Shown here: piece after piece, positions 28,042 to 35,959 of the stretch | How the letters are laid out: each line of letters begins with the position of its first letter | Numbering within the stretch: position 1 is the stretch's first letter | IMG/VR virus record: IMGVR_UViG_3300047470_000520 | Source of the DNA: a virus | Lineage: Duplodnaviria > Heunggongvirae > Uroviricota > Caudoviricetes | Strand: one strand, 5' to 3' | Length of the DNA stretch: 62,326 nucleotides | Program-made: the position numbers and the translations under genes | Notes under the pieces: generated by a model | The model's input: the letters and a program-made list of their open reading frames with translations, nothing else | The model's database searches: none | Told to the model about the DNA's origin: nothing

Positions 28042-28630
28042 CCCTCATCCCCTTGTTTAGCAGTTTTAGAACGCGGAACATCTTGTCACGCAGATCCTTG
28101 TCACTGCTGGTCAAATTGGGGAGATGACGGTCAATCTGGGTCATGACAGGCCATACAAGAATAAGCTGCACTTTAAGCAGGGCCTTGGCTTCACTTTCCT
28201 GGACTTCATTGCAGTTGGCCTGCGTCTCGGCCAACTGTCGGATCATTTTAAGCGCAGCACCCTTAGCTTGGTAAGCCTCCTTGCTGACGGTAATGTCCAG
28301 AGCTTTCGCGGCTTCAGTGATGACTTGGCACGCTTCCTTGAGGCAGTCGCTCAGATTTTTCAGTGCTGGGTATTTAAGCAAGAATGGCTCAACCGTCAAT
28401 GGCAGGTTTTCTCCATCAGTGGCACAGTGGTGCACATCCAGAGCTGACTCGGTCATGGTGTGACCTTCTGCATACACCATGGTGCCATCCGTGAAGAACA
28501 AGCTGAGTTTGTATTCGTCGGCCACGATGCGGGCAATGGTTTTACCAATCAATTGCTCAGCGCGTAATGGGTGCAGGTTCGACAGGCCGCTGACGGTGCA
28601 TGTGGGTGATTTGTAATCGCTGCGGTTCAT
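28013..28630 (-). CDS. Two-domain hypothetical protein
   Basis: 205 aa; C-terminal half homologous to 27311..27709. Confidence 0.75.
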   Translation of the reverse strand: MNRSDYKSPTCTVSGLSNLHPLRAEQLIGKTIARIVADEYKLSLFFTDGTMVYAEGHTMTESALDVHHCATDGENLPLTVEPFLLKYPALKNLSDCLKEACQVITEAAKALDITVSKEAYQAKGAALKMIRQLAETQANCNEVQESEAKALLKVQLILVWPVMTQIDRHLPNLTSSDKDLRDKMFRVLKLLNKGMRDAFQKDEQE

Positions 28631-28914
28631 ATCTTGTCGGCTCCTTGCGCGTTAAGGTCTAGGGTAACGAAAAACTCGCGGCCCTTGCTCAGTGCGGTCA
28701 CGGGATCAATGACCCAGGCTGGATCGTCAACTACTTGAATGCCAAGCTGGCAAGCCATATGGGGCAGTGTGTTTTTATTAACCACGCGACCCAGTGGCCG
28801 GATACCGTTGTTGATGGCTATTTGTCCAAAACCCGATGGCTCCCAATTCCACTGAACGAGCGTGCCTGCGGTGAATTCTTCCACGTCTTTAAGCTTGGTT
28901 GTATTCGCCGGCAT
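28627..28914 (-). CDS. Hypothetical protein
   Basis: 95 aa, coupled to the downstream gene. Confidence 0.65.
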   Translation of the reverse strand: MPANTTKLKDVEEFTAGTLVQWNWEPSGFGQIAINNGIRPLGRVVNKNTLPHMACQLGIQVVDDPAWVIDPVTALSKGREFFVTLDLNAQGADKI

Positions 28915-29224
28915 GTTGGGTCACTCCATTGCGGGTTCTGGTGGGTAATTCGCGTTCAAAGTCCCAACCCAGGCGGTACATGGGGCCATCACCAATACCT
29001 TCACTGCGGGTGCTTCCATTGAGCACTGAGTCACGGAGGTCTTCGCATTCTTTACAGCGAACCATCCGCGATTCTGGAACGCCCTGAGACAGCTTGCGGT
29101 ACTGGGTATGACCGCACTCAGCCAGCACCAGCAAAATTGAGCCACCGACCGCACGGCTCTTGTGAGAGCCAGGGTTCATGCGTGTTCGCTCGCTGACAAT
29201 TTCACGTTTAATGGTCTTGGCCAT
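28889..29224 (-). CDS. Hypothetical protein with possible Zn site
   Basis: Start MAKTIKRE (29224); ECGH...CKEC. Confidence 0.65.
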   Translation of the reverse strand: MAKTIKREIVSERTRMNPGSHKSRAVGGSILLVLAECGHTQYRKLSQGVPESRMVRCKECEDLRDSVLNGSTRSEGIGDGPMYRLGWDFERELPTRTRNGVTQHAGEYNQA

Positions 29225-29261
29225 GGGGTTATCCCTTCCTGGGTCTAGGCTGTTGAACTTA

Positions 29262-29669
29262 TTACCGGATGTCGCCGGAAACCGTGTGGGTTTTGCCAGT
29301 ATGTTGCTTGCAGGCCACATCGCCGGACATGGTGTTGATGTCACCATTGATGTCGGCGCCTTTTACGTCACCGGACATGGTGTGCACACTACCCACGTTG
29401 CCAGCCACGGACACGTTCCCGGAAGCCGTCTCTACCGACTCGACATTGCCGGTCACCGTCACGGTGATTGGGCCAACCAGGGGTTCGCCTTTTTGCTCAA
29501 CACCGTCGATAACGACCTTGTTGCCGCTCACCGAGACGACGTTACCGGTGTAGGTCTTGCCATTGATTGTCACGGTTGAGCCGCCTGATGCAATCATCAG
29601 GTCGCTGGACGTAGCGGCCAGTGCATCAAAAGAAACCAAGGCGAGTAGGGCGATAAACAGGGCTTTCAC
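29262..29669 (-). CDS. Secreted protein with short beta-strand SGDV/SGNV repeats (DUF4097-like)
   Basis: Signal peptide; repeated T.SG[DN]V units. Confidence 0.7.
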   Translation of the reverse strand: MKALFIALLALVSFDALAATSSDLMIASGGSTVTINGKTYTGNVVSVSGNKVVIDGVEQKGEPLVGPITVTVTGNVESVETASGNVSVAGNVGSVHTMSGDVKGADINGDINTMSGDVACKQHTGKTHTVSGDIR

Positions 29670-29695
29670 AATGAGTCATCCTTGTGCGTGTTCGT

Positions 29696-30034
29696 TTAAA
29701 GGAGATCTGATTTGCTGAGATTTATAACCAGGGGCAAACCTTCATTGACTAGATTGCAGTCCGCTTCGAGCGAATAGCCACAGCGCATCAGCATGTCCAG
29801 CATTTTGTCGATGGAAAACTTGTCGAGGTGCCCATTGTACAGGTTGCTGATCCTGGGCTGGCTCACCTGGAACGCTTCAGCGACCTGAGTCTGATTCCAG
29901 CCTTTCTTGCGAATGATCTCGATCAACACAGTGCAAAGCTGTTTTTTCATCACATTGAGGTTTCGTTCCACCAAGTCGTTGGTATACGAATCGTAAAAAT
30001 TTTGTCTCATATCATGAATTTCCCAGGTTGACAC
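29696..30034 (-). CDS. XRE-family HTH protein (HigA-like)
   Basis: IRKKGWNQTQVAEAFQVSQPRISNLYNGHLDKFSIDKM; start uncertain. Confidence 0.85.
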   Translation of the reverse strand: MSTWEIHDMRQNFYDSYTNDLVERNLNVMKKQLCTVLIEIIRKKGWNQTQVAEAFQVSQPRISNLYNGHLDKFSIDKMLDMLMRCGYSLEADCNLVNEGLPLVINLSKSDLL

Positions 30035-30083
30035 TGTGAGGTCAGGGGCAAACGTTTCTTGCTTACTCTTGGTATATCCGCGA

Positions 30084-30440
30084 TTAAATCAGCGCTTTTT
30101 TCAGGCTCACAATCAGCGGCAGGCTTTTGTTGGTCGGGTCGAAGTCAGCATCGAGCTTGTAGCCGCTGCGAACCAGCATTTCCAGCAAGGAATCGATGGA
30201 AAACTTATCAAGGTAGCCTTTGAACAGATTGCTCATGCGTGGCCGGCTGACTTTCAGTTCTTCGGCGGCTTTGGCCTGCGTCCAGCCTTTTTCGCGAATG
30301 AGGGTGATGAGTACCATCAAGAGCTGGGTCTTGAGGTGCTTCATGTTGTATTCGACGGGATCGTCGGTGAACAGCTCGAAAAGATTCTGGCTCAATTGGC
30401 GGCCTCCTGAACGTTTGGCTAAATGCATCCATGAACACAT
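30084..30440 (-). CDS. XRE-family HTH protein (HigA-like), paralog
   Basis: IREKGWTQAKAAEELKVSRPRMSNLFKGYLDKFSIDSL; start uncertain. Confidence 0.85.
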   Translation of the reverse strand: MCSWMHLAKRSGGRQLSQNLFELFTDDPVEYNMKHLKTQLLMVLITLIREKGWTQAKAAEELKVSRPRMSNLFKGYLDKFSIDSLLEMLVRSGYKLDADFDPTNKSLPLIVSLKKALI

Positions 30441-30596
30441 GTTATCAGTTTGGATAACTCTTGCAAGCAGTATTTTCCTGTTTGTACTGTCCGTAGGCGT
30501 TTTTTGTTATCCGTAGTTGTAATTTTGAGTGCGTGTTTTTTCTGGAGGAATGAAAAAGACCCGCAGAGCGGGCCTTTGGTGTACATCAGATCACGA

Positions 30597-31907
30597 TTAC
30601 TTGGCCTGCACCTTTTTAGGTGTTGAGGCTGAGGCCGGGCTTACGTCTTCGATCTTGACGGAAGGTGCAGGTACTAATGGATGTTGCTCTACAACGACGG
30701 ATGTTTCTTCCTGGACTAGAACGGGTTCTGGTTCTGCCGGGGCTTCTGGGGCGGTCTCTTGAACGACTTCTGGCGCTGGTGCTACTTCTGGTGCTGCTGG
30801 CGCTGGAACAGGTGCTGGCTCTAGAGCAGGAACAGGAGCCGGGACAACCGCTGGTGCAGCGACCACTTCTTTGGCTTCTGGCTCGGACTGCATGTCGGAA
30901 GGCAGTTCAATAGGGTCGATGACCGGTTCTTCCTCCGGGAGAGTAGGTGAATCGTTGTTTTCTTCAGGAAGCGAGCTGACTGGCTTCGGGGCCTCATCAG
31001 GGGACTCCGGCTGTATCACTACAGCTGGCTGAGCCGCTGTCTCAGAGGATTTCTCGGTGCTGCCATCCACGACACCCAGTTCCAGGTTAACGGCGGTCAG
31101 CTCAGAGTTGAGGCCGTCCAGAGCAATCTGATCGTCAGGCGAGAACTGGGCCATCGAGAACAACGGCTTGTTGGCAATATTCATCAATTCATCGGTACTC
31201 AGGAGCAGAGCACTGTTGGCAGGCACCTCCACTGATCGCCATTCGCTGGCAAGCGACGGGACGAAACTGAGGCTGCGGGTCTCTCCAGGCTGTAACCCGT
31301 TCTCGAAATCGACATCCAGCACGCCTGACGTCCGAGAGGTATCTTCGCCGACCACACTAAGGTTCGCCTTGAAGAACGCCCGGTAAATTTCCTGAGAGGA
31401 TCCATTGGTGACGGTCAGCTTGATGACGTTGATGCGCTCGCCGCTGGCCTGCTTCTCGGACAAGAAGATGCCAACTTCCTGAATCTGGAACTTGGCGCGA
31501 TCCAGGCTTTGGTTTTTGCTGTCTTCCAGCGGCTTGATAGCCTCCAGCAGGCTGGCTTTTTTATCAGCGAGCTCAACCAGGTAAGCCTTCTTCATCTCTT
31601 CGACGGCCAGCTTTTCTTCCTCCAGCTTGAGCTGGTCGCGAAGGTTGTTGGCTTCGGCAGTGATCTCGGCGGCGTTTTTGCCGTTCAGATTGATCAGCAG
31701 CTGTTCGGGGCTCTGCTTGACGTAATACGCTTTCACAAACTCCAGGTCAGCGCCAAACTGTGGGCGCTGTTCATCCGGTAGTTTGTTGGCCACCTTGGCA
31801 ACCGAGGCATCCAACGCGTCCGGTGTGGTTCCATCCAGCACAGCAGGGCCACAGCCAGCCAAGGAGGCCAGGATCAGCATGGGGAGAATCGCTTTCTTGA
31901 ACAGCAT
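30597..31907 (-). CDS. Lipoprotein with Pro/Ala/Glu-rich disordered C-terminal tail
   Basis: LASLAGC lipobox; coiled-coil segment; PAPVPALEPAPVPAPAAPE tail. Confidence 0.85.
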   Translation of the reverse strand: MLFKKAILPMLILASLAGCGPAVLDGTTPDALDASVAKVANKLPDEQRPQFGADLEFVKAYYVKQSPEQLLINLNGKNAAEITAEANNLRDQLKLEEEKLAVEEMKKAYLVELADKKASLLEAIKPLEDSKNQSLDRAKFQIQEVGIFLSEKQASGERINVIKLTVTNGSSQEIYRAFFKANLSVVGEDTSRTSGVLDVDFENGLQPGETRSLSFVPSLASEWRSVEVPANSALLLSTDELMNIANKPLFSMAQFSPDDQIALDGLNSELTAVNLELGVVDGSTEKSSETAAQPAVVIQPESPDEAPKPVSSLPEENNDSPTLPEEEPVIDPIELPSDMQSEPEAKEVVAAPAVVPAPVPALEPAPVPAPAAPEVAPAPEVVQETAPEAPAEPEPVLVQEETSVVVEQHPLVPAPSVKIEDVSPASASTPKKVQAK

Positions 31908-32031
31908 TAAAATGCCCTCTTATATTTATTACTTGTGGCAATAATACAAGTAATCCGAACTAATGGAAGATGAAGAAAGTTGTTTATTTGTCTTTAATTG
32001 TTTGCTGCTTCACAGTTAAAATGAGGCATAT

Positions 32032-32607
32032 ATGCAAAAGGAGATTGAAATGGCCGAAAAATTAGTCCTTGATCCCGCGACGGATGGCACGACCCATATC
32101 AACATCTACAGCCAAGGCAAAACCTGGCTGGGCCGGGAGACCTCCAACTTTTCGCACCGCGAATTCACCCACCATGAGCATGGCGCTTTCGCCTCGGTGG
32201 AAGGATACTGGTACTGGCTGGGTCGTCAAGATGAACGCCTGCGTCACCTCTACGGCTTCAAGGCCAAGGAGTTGGGTCGTTCGCTACCAGTCCTGAAAAA
32301 ATGGCACCCGGACAAGTTCCAGAGTCTGATCTGTGAAGCACTGACCGCCAAGCTTGAGGGGCATCCTGACATCATGCAGGCTTTGGTTCAATCCACATTG
32401 CCGTTGACCCATTATTATTCCAAGTACTACGGGACGAAGCTCGTCGTCACAGAGCCTGCCGGCAGCGACTTCATCCTGGCGCATTTCGAATCCATTCGAC
32501 ATGCCCACAACCCGCAGGCCGATTGTTCAACCATGAACAAGCTGGCTCAGCGTAAAGAGCAGGCCCAGGCTTCTGAGTCCGAAGGGTCTCAACTGGGCCT
32601 GTTTTAA
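32032..32607 (+). CDS. NADAR-like protein (T4 gp30.3-type)
   Basis: HINIYS.G...GR..SNF...F....G.FASVEGYWY resembles the phage NADAR SNF...F...EG motif; ends QLGLF. Confidence 0.65.
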   Translation: MQKEIEMAEKLVLDPATDGTTHINIYSQGKTWLGRETSNFSHREFTHHEHGAFASVEGYWYWLGRQDERLRHLYGFKAKELGRSLPVLKKWHPDKFQSLICEALTAKLEGHPDIMQALVQSTLPLTHYYSKYYGTKLVVTEPAGSDFILAHFESIRHAHNPQADCSTMNKLAQRKEQAQASESEGSQLGLF

Positions 32608-32696
32608 CCGCTCTCCCTACCGGTGACGCCTGGCCGGCACCGCTCCTTCACGGGGGCCTGCTCTGCCAGGCCACCGGCTCCTGCTTTTGATCTCGA

Positions 32697-32863
32697 GCAA
32701 TAGGATAAAGGCTTTTGCTTTTAAAAATCCTATTGCGTTTTTTTTGATCTGGCTCGGTGCTTTAGGCGATAAGGTCGGGCTTTTGCTTCTAAACCTTATC
32801 GCTTTGGTCTTTTGATTTTGCTTGGGGCAATAGGGTGATGCTTTTGCTTTTAAACCCTATTGC
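32697..32863. repeat. Three tandem 10 bp stem-loops sharing loop GCTTTTGCTT(T/C)TAA
   Basis: GCAATAGGAT/ATCCTATTGC (32697-32736), GCGATAAGGT/ACCTTATCGC (32766-32802), GCAATAGGGT/ACCCTATTGC (32827-32863). Confidence 0.85.
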
Positions 32864-33231
32864 TGTGGGTCTTGATCTGCCATGGGGTAAAAGCCCATGT
32901 ATTGCATTTTCACTGATACTCATCGACGTCAGGGCCGCGCAGACAGAAGAATTCCTGGCAGTGCCTGGCTACGGCCAGCAAGCCAAACGACAAAATCTGG
33001 CTAAAAGGCCGATCAAGAGCTGACTGGTGGGGTATGGGGTAGACGGTCGGTGTAGGGGCGGTGATAGGGGAGTGGAGGTGTTTAATAGCCTCTGTAACTG
33101 ATTGAAATCATGAATGAATTCCGAACAACACGCGATTAAATCGGCAAATGAACGACGAACAACGTGCTTATTTGCCTATTTTTAGGTAAATTGCCAGCCT
33201 TCCAGAGGGTAAGACACCAGGAGCGGCAGAC

Positions 33232-34329
33232 ATGTTGGATTTGTACTTGATCAATCTGCCGCAGAGCGGCAAGGGGACTGTTATTCGAAACAGTGGCCTG
33301 GAGGATCTCGCCATCAACGTCGACGCGTTGCGGTCGATGTACGCCAGCCCGTCATTGCTGCCGTCTGGTGAAGTCGGCTATTCGAGTTCGCTGGATGACC
33401 TGGTGAAGTCCAAGGTCTTTGATATTCTCGACCACCGCATGTCCCTGGGCGAAACCACCTTTCTTGAGGTCGCGTTCACCGAGACTGACCTGCAGCGTTA
33501 CAAGGCGCTGGCCAAGAGGTGGGGTTACCAAGTCCATGTGGTTCAGGAAGGGGCGAGCCCCGCGCCAGCCGGCGTCAACCTCTTAAGCCGCACTGGCTTG
33601 GCCAACCATGTGTTTCAGGAAACGCCGGACTATTCCAACCAGTACCGCGAGATCGTGTTCATCGGTGATGTGCATGGCTGCGCGGTTCCGCTGCGCAAGT
33701 TCTTGAACAAGCAGTTCGACGACCAGAAGCTGTTCGTGTTTGTCGGCGATCTGTTTGATCGCGGCCCGGACAATGCCACGGTGCTGAAGCTGATCATGGG
33801 GTTGCTGAAAAAGCCGAACGTGAAGCTGCTGTGCGGCAATCACGAGCGCCATATCCTCAGCTGGCTCAACAAGCGCGAGCAGCCAAGCGAGTTTCGCAAC
33901 AAGACCCTGCCACAACTGCTGCGCCAGGGGTTCAACCGCGAAACAGCCGAGTCCCTGATGGCTCGCACCGAAACCATGCTTCAGTTCGTGTTCAAGGGGG
34001 CTCAGTTCCAGGTCTCCCATGGCGCCCTGTCAGACGTTGTACGATGGCCCCAGCTCTTTCCCGCGCATCAATGCTGGCGTGGCGTAGGCAAGCGTCAGGA
34101 TGACATTGACGCCGCCTTTGAGAAGAACGCACCCCATGGCTGGTATCAGGTGCATGGCCATAGCAATGCTCATGGCCGGGTGATTACGCCGGGGCAGCGC
34201 AGCTTCAACCTGGAATCTTCGGTGGAGTTCGGCGGCAAGCTCAGCGCCCTGTCCTTTGACGGGGTGACGTTTAAGGACGTAAGCGTCAAGAACAACCTGG
34301 ACGGCAAGGGTAAGAAAAAGGCTGCGTAG
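33232..34329 (+). CDS. Metallophosphoesterase with degenerate N-terminal kinase domain (Pnkp-like, no ligase)
   Basis: GDVHG, GDLFDRG, GNHE, SHG, HGH motifs; altered P-loop LPQSGKGT; paralog of 35960..38302. Confidence 0.85.
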   Translation: MLDLYLINLPQSGKGTVIRNSGLEDLAINVDALRSMYASPSLLPSGEVGYSSSLDDLVKSKVFDILDHRMSLGETTFLEVAFTETDLQRYKALAKRWGYQVHVVQEGASPAPAGVNLLSRTGLANHVFQETPDYSNQYREIVFIGDVHGCAVPLRKFLNKQFDDQKLFVFVGDLFDRGPDNATVLKLIMGLLKKPNVKLLCGNHERHILSWLNKREQPSEFRNKTLPQLLRQGFNRETAESLMARTETMLQFVFKGAQFQVSHGALSDVVRWPQLFPAHQCWRGVGKRQDDIDAAFEKNAPHGWYQVHGHSNAHGRVITPGQRSFNLESSVEFGGKLSALSFDGVTFKDVSVKNNLDGKGKKKAA

Positions 34330-34371
34330 GGCAGTCCTTTAAGTATCACGAACTAAAATTAAGGATTAGCC

Positions 34372-34671
34372 ATGAACGCTCTGATTGGAATAGCCATTTA
34401 CGCAGTTCTCGCCTTAGGGCCATTCCTGATCTTCGCAGTTCGCGATGGTCGTCGTGTGAATAATAATCTTCAGCGATTCCTCAACGATCCCTCGCAGATT
34501 CAAGCGGTATGTCGAGAGAATCCGGATGGCGACGGTTACATCCATCTGTGTGTGCGGACTGTGAGCGGAGAATCCGTTTTGGTTGCTTATCACACGGATG
34601 CGGCTAAGGCCGAGAGACAGCTGTTTCTGGCCATGAAGGCCTGGGACTCTGGCCAAATGGCCGCAGCCTGA
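34372..34671 (+). CDS. Small N-terminal TM protein, paralog 1 of 2
   Basis: RENPDGDGYIHL.V.T..G....VAY. Confidence 0.75.
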   Translation: MNALIGIAIYAVLALGPFLIFAVRDGRRVNNNLQRFLNDPSQIQAVCRENPDGDGYIHLCVRTVSGESVLVAYHTDAAKAERQLFLAMKAWDSGQMAAA

Positions 34672-34729
34672 CCGCGTCCTGCCTTGTGCTAAATGATCGA
34701 TTAACACAAAAATTGAGCGGGGCCTTCTT

Positions 34730-35029
34730 GTGAATATGCTTTGGGGAATTGCGCTGTTCGGCGTGGTCAGCATGGCCGGCTTGGCGGTGGCCATGTGGTT
34801 GGATTATCGCCGGATCAAGAGAGACGTTAAGCGGTTGCTCGAAAATCCGGAACTGATCAAGAGCATTGACCGCGAAGGCCCGGACGGCGACGGATACACA
34901 AGATTGTATGTGCACACCAATGAAGGGAAAAAGCTGCACGTTGCGTACGATTCTGGCGTCGATGCCGTCGAGCAGCGACTCAAGCTGGCAGTGGCCAGGC
35001 GAGATGGCAAGCCAGACTCAGTAATCTGA
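34730..35029 (+). CDS. Small N-terminal TM protein, paralog 2 of 2
   Basis: REGPDGDGYTRL.V.T..G....VAY. Confidence 0.75.
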   Translation: MNMLWGIALFGVVSMAGLAVAMWLDYRRIKRDVKRLLENPELIKSIDREGPDGDGYTRLYVHTNEGKKLHVAYDSGVDAVEQRLKLAVARRDGKPDSVI

Positions 35030-35077
35030 GGCACGTGTATTTTTGGATAAAGCCCTGCATTTTCAGGGCTTTAATTG

Positions 35078-35830
35078 TTACTGCGCCAGCTTCTTCCTGA
35101 CCGCTTCCAATTCTTTTAGCAGCTCATGCTCACGCGCTGACAGCGCTTCCTTGTCGATTTCAGCTGCAGGCTTTGCCGTGCTAGCCGCTTTTGCTTTGGT
35201 CGGGTCGTACAGAGCAAAACCGTATCCGACCAGGTGGTCGATGCAGGCGTCTGGCGTTTCGGTGTTGTGGGTGATCACGATGCTGTAGTCGACATCGCGC
35301 CCACGGCCTTTGGAGTAGACCTGAACGCTGTAGCCCATTGGGCCAAGCTCTGCTCGATAAAACTCCTCAAGCTTCAGCATGGCGGCCTTTTCATGGCAGG
35401 AGTGAACGTGGGACTTCAAGGTGGTTGCGAAACTGCCTGAGGCAAACTCGATGTCTGGGTTGTTGCTTTGAAGATCCCACAACTGCGACGACTCAAGAGG
35501 CGAATTCATCGGAGTGTTGGCGATCAGTGTTTCGTACTGGTTCTTGAAGCCTTTCAAAGGTTCGCTGATGTAGAGGTAGCGACCATCGATCAATAACTCG
35601 TACTGCGAGCCAAGCTGGATGCGCTTGATGGCTTCGTAGTCACGGATCATCTGACGCGTTTTACCGTAGTAGCTGGCCCGCCAGAAATCATAGACATCGT
35701 TGTACTCGAACCGGTGTGCGTCCGGAAACGAAGGGCATACCGAGCGAAGCCGCCCTTCAAGCCACTCATTTTTTGAACGCAAACGCTCACGTCTTTGTTC
35801 GTTGTCGACTCGCATGCCAGGCCTTGTCAA
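35078..35830 (-). CDS. Hypothetical protein
   Basis: 250 aa with C-terminal coiled coil. Confidence 0.75.
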   Translation of the reverse strand: MTRPGMRVDNEQRRERLRSKNEWLEGRLRSVCPSFPDAHRFEYNDVYDFWRASYYGKTRQMIRDYEAIKRIQLGSQYELLIDGRYLYISEPLKGFKNQYETLIANTPMNSPLESSQLWDLQSNNPDIEFASGSFATTLKSHVHSCHEKAAMLKLEEFYRAELGPMGYSVQVYSKGRGRDVDYSIVITHNTETPDACIDHLVGYGFALYDPTKAKAASTAKPAAEIDKEALSAREHELLKELEAVRKKLAQ

Positions 35831-35959
35831 TTTATTATGAATATATAAATAGTAGACCGTTTAAATTCACAAAGCAAACCAGTTGGTTTAGGATGGCGGG
35901 CCAATTAAATTGAATAGAAGTGATCGCCTGGGTCATCCTAGGAGAAAAGAGAGAAGATC

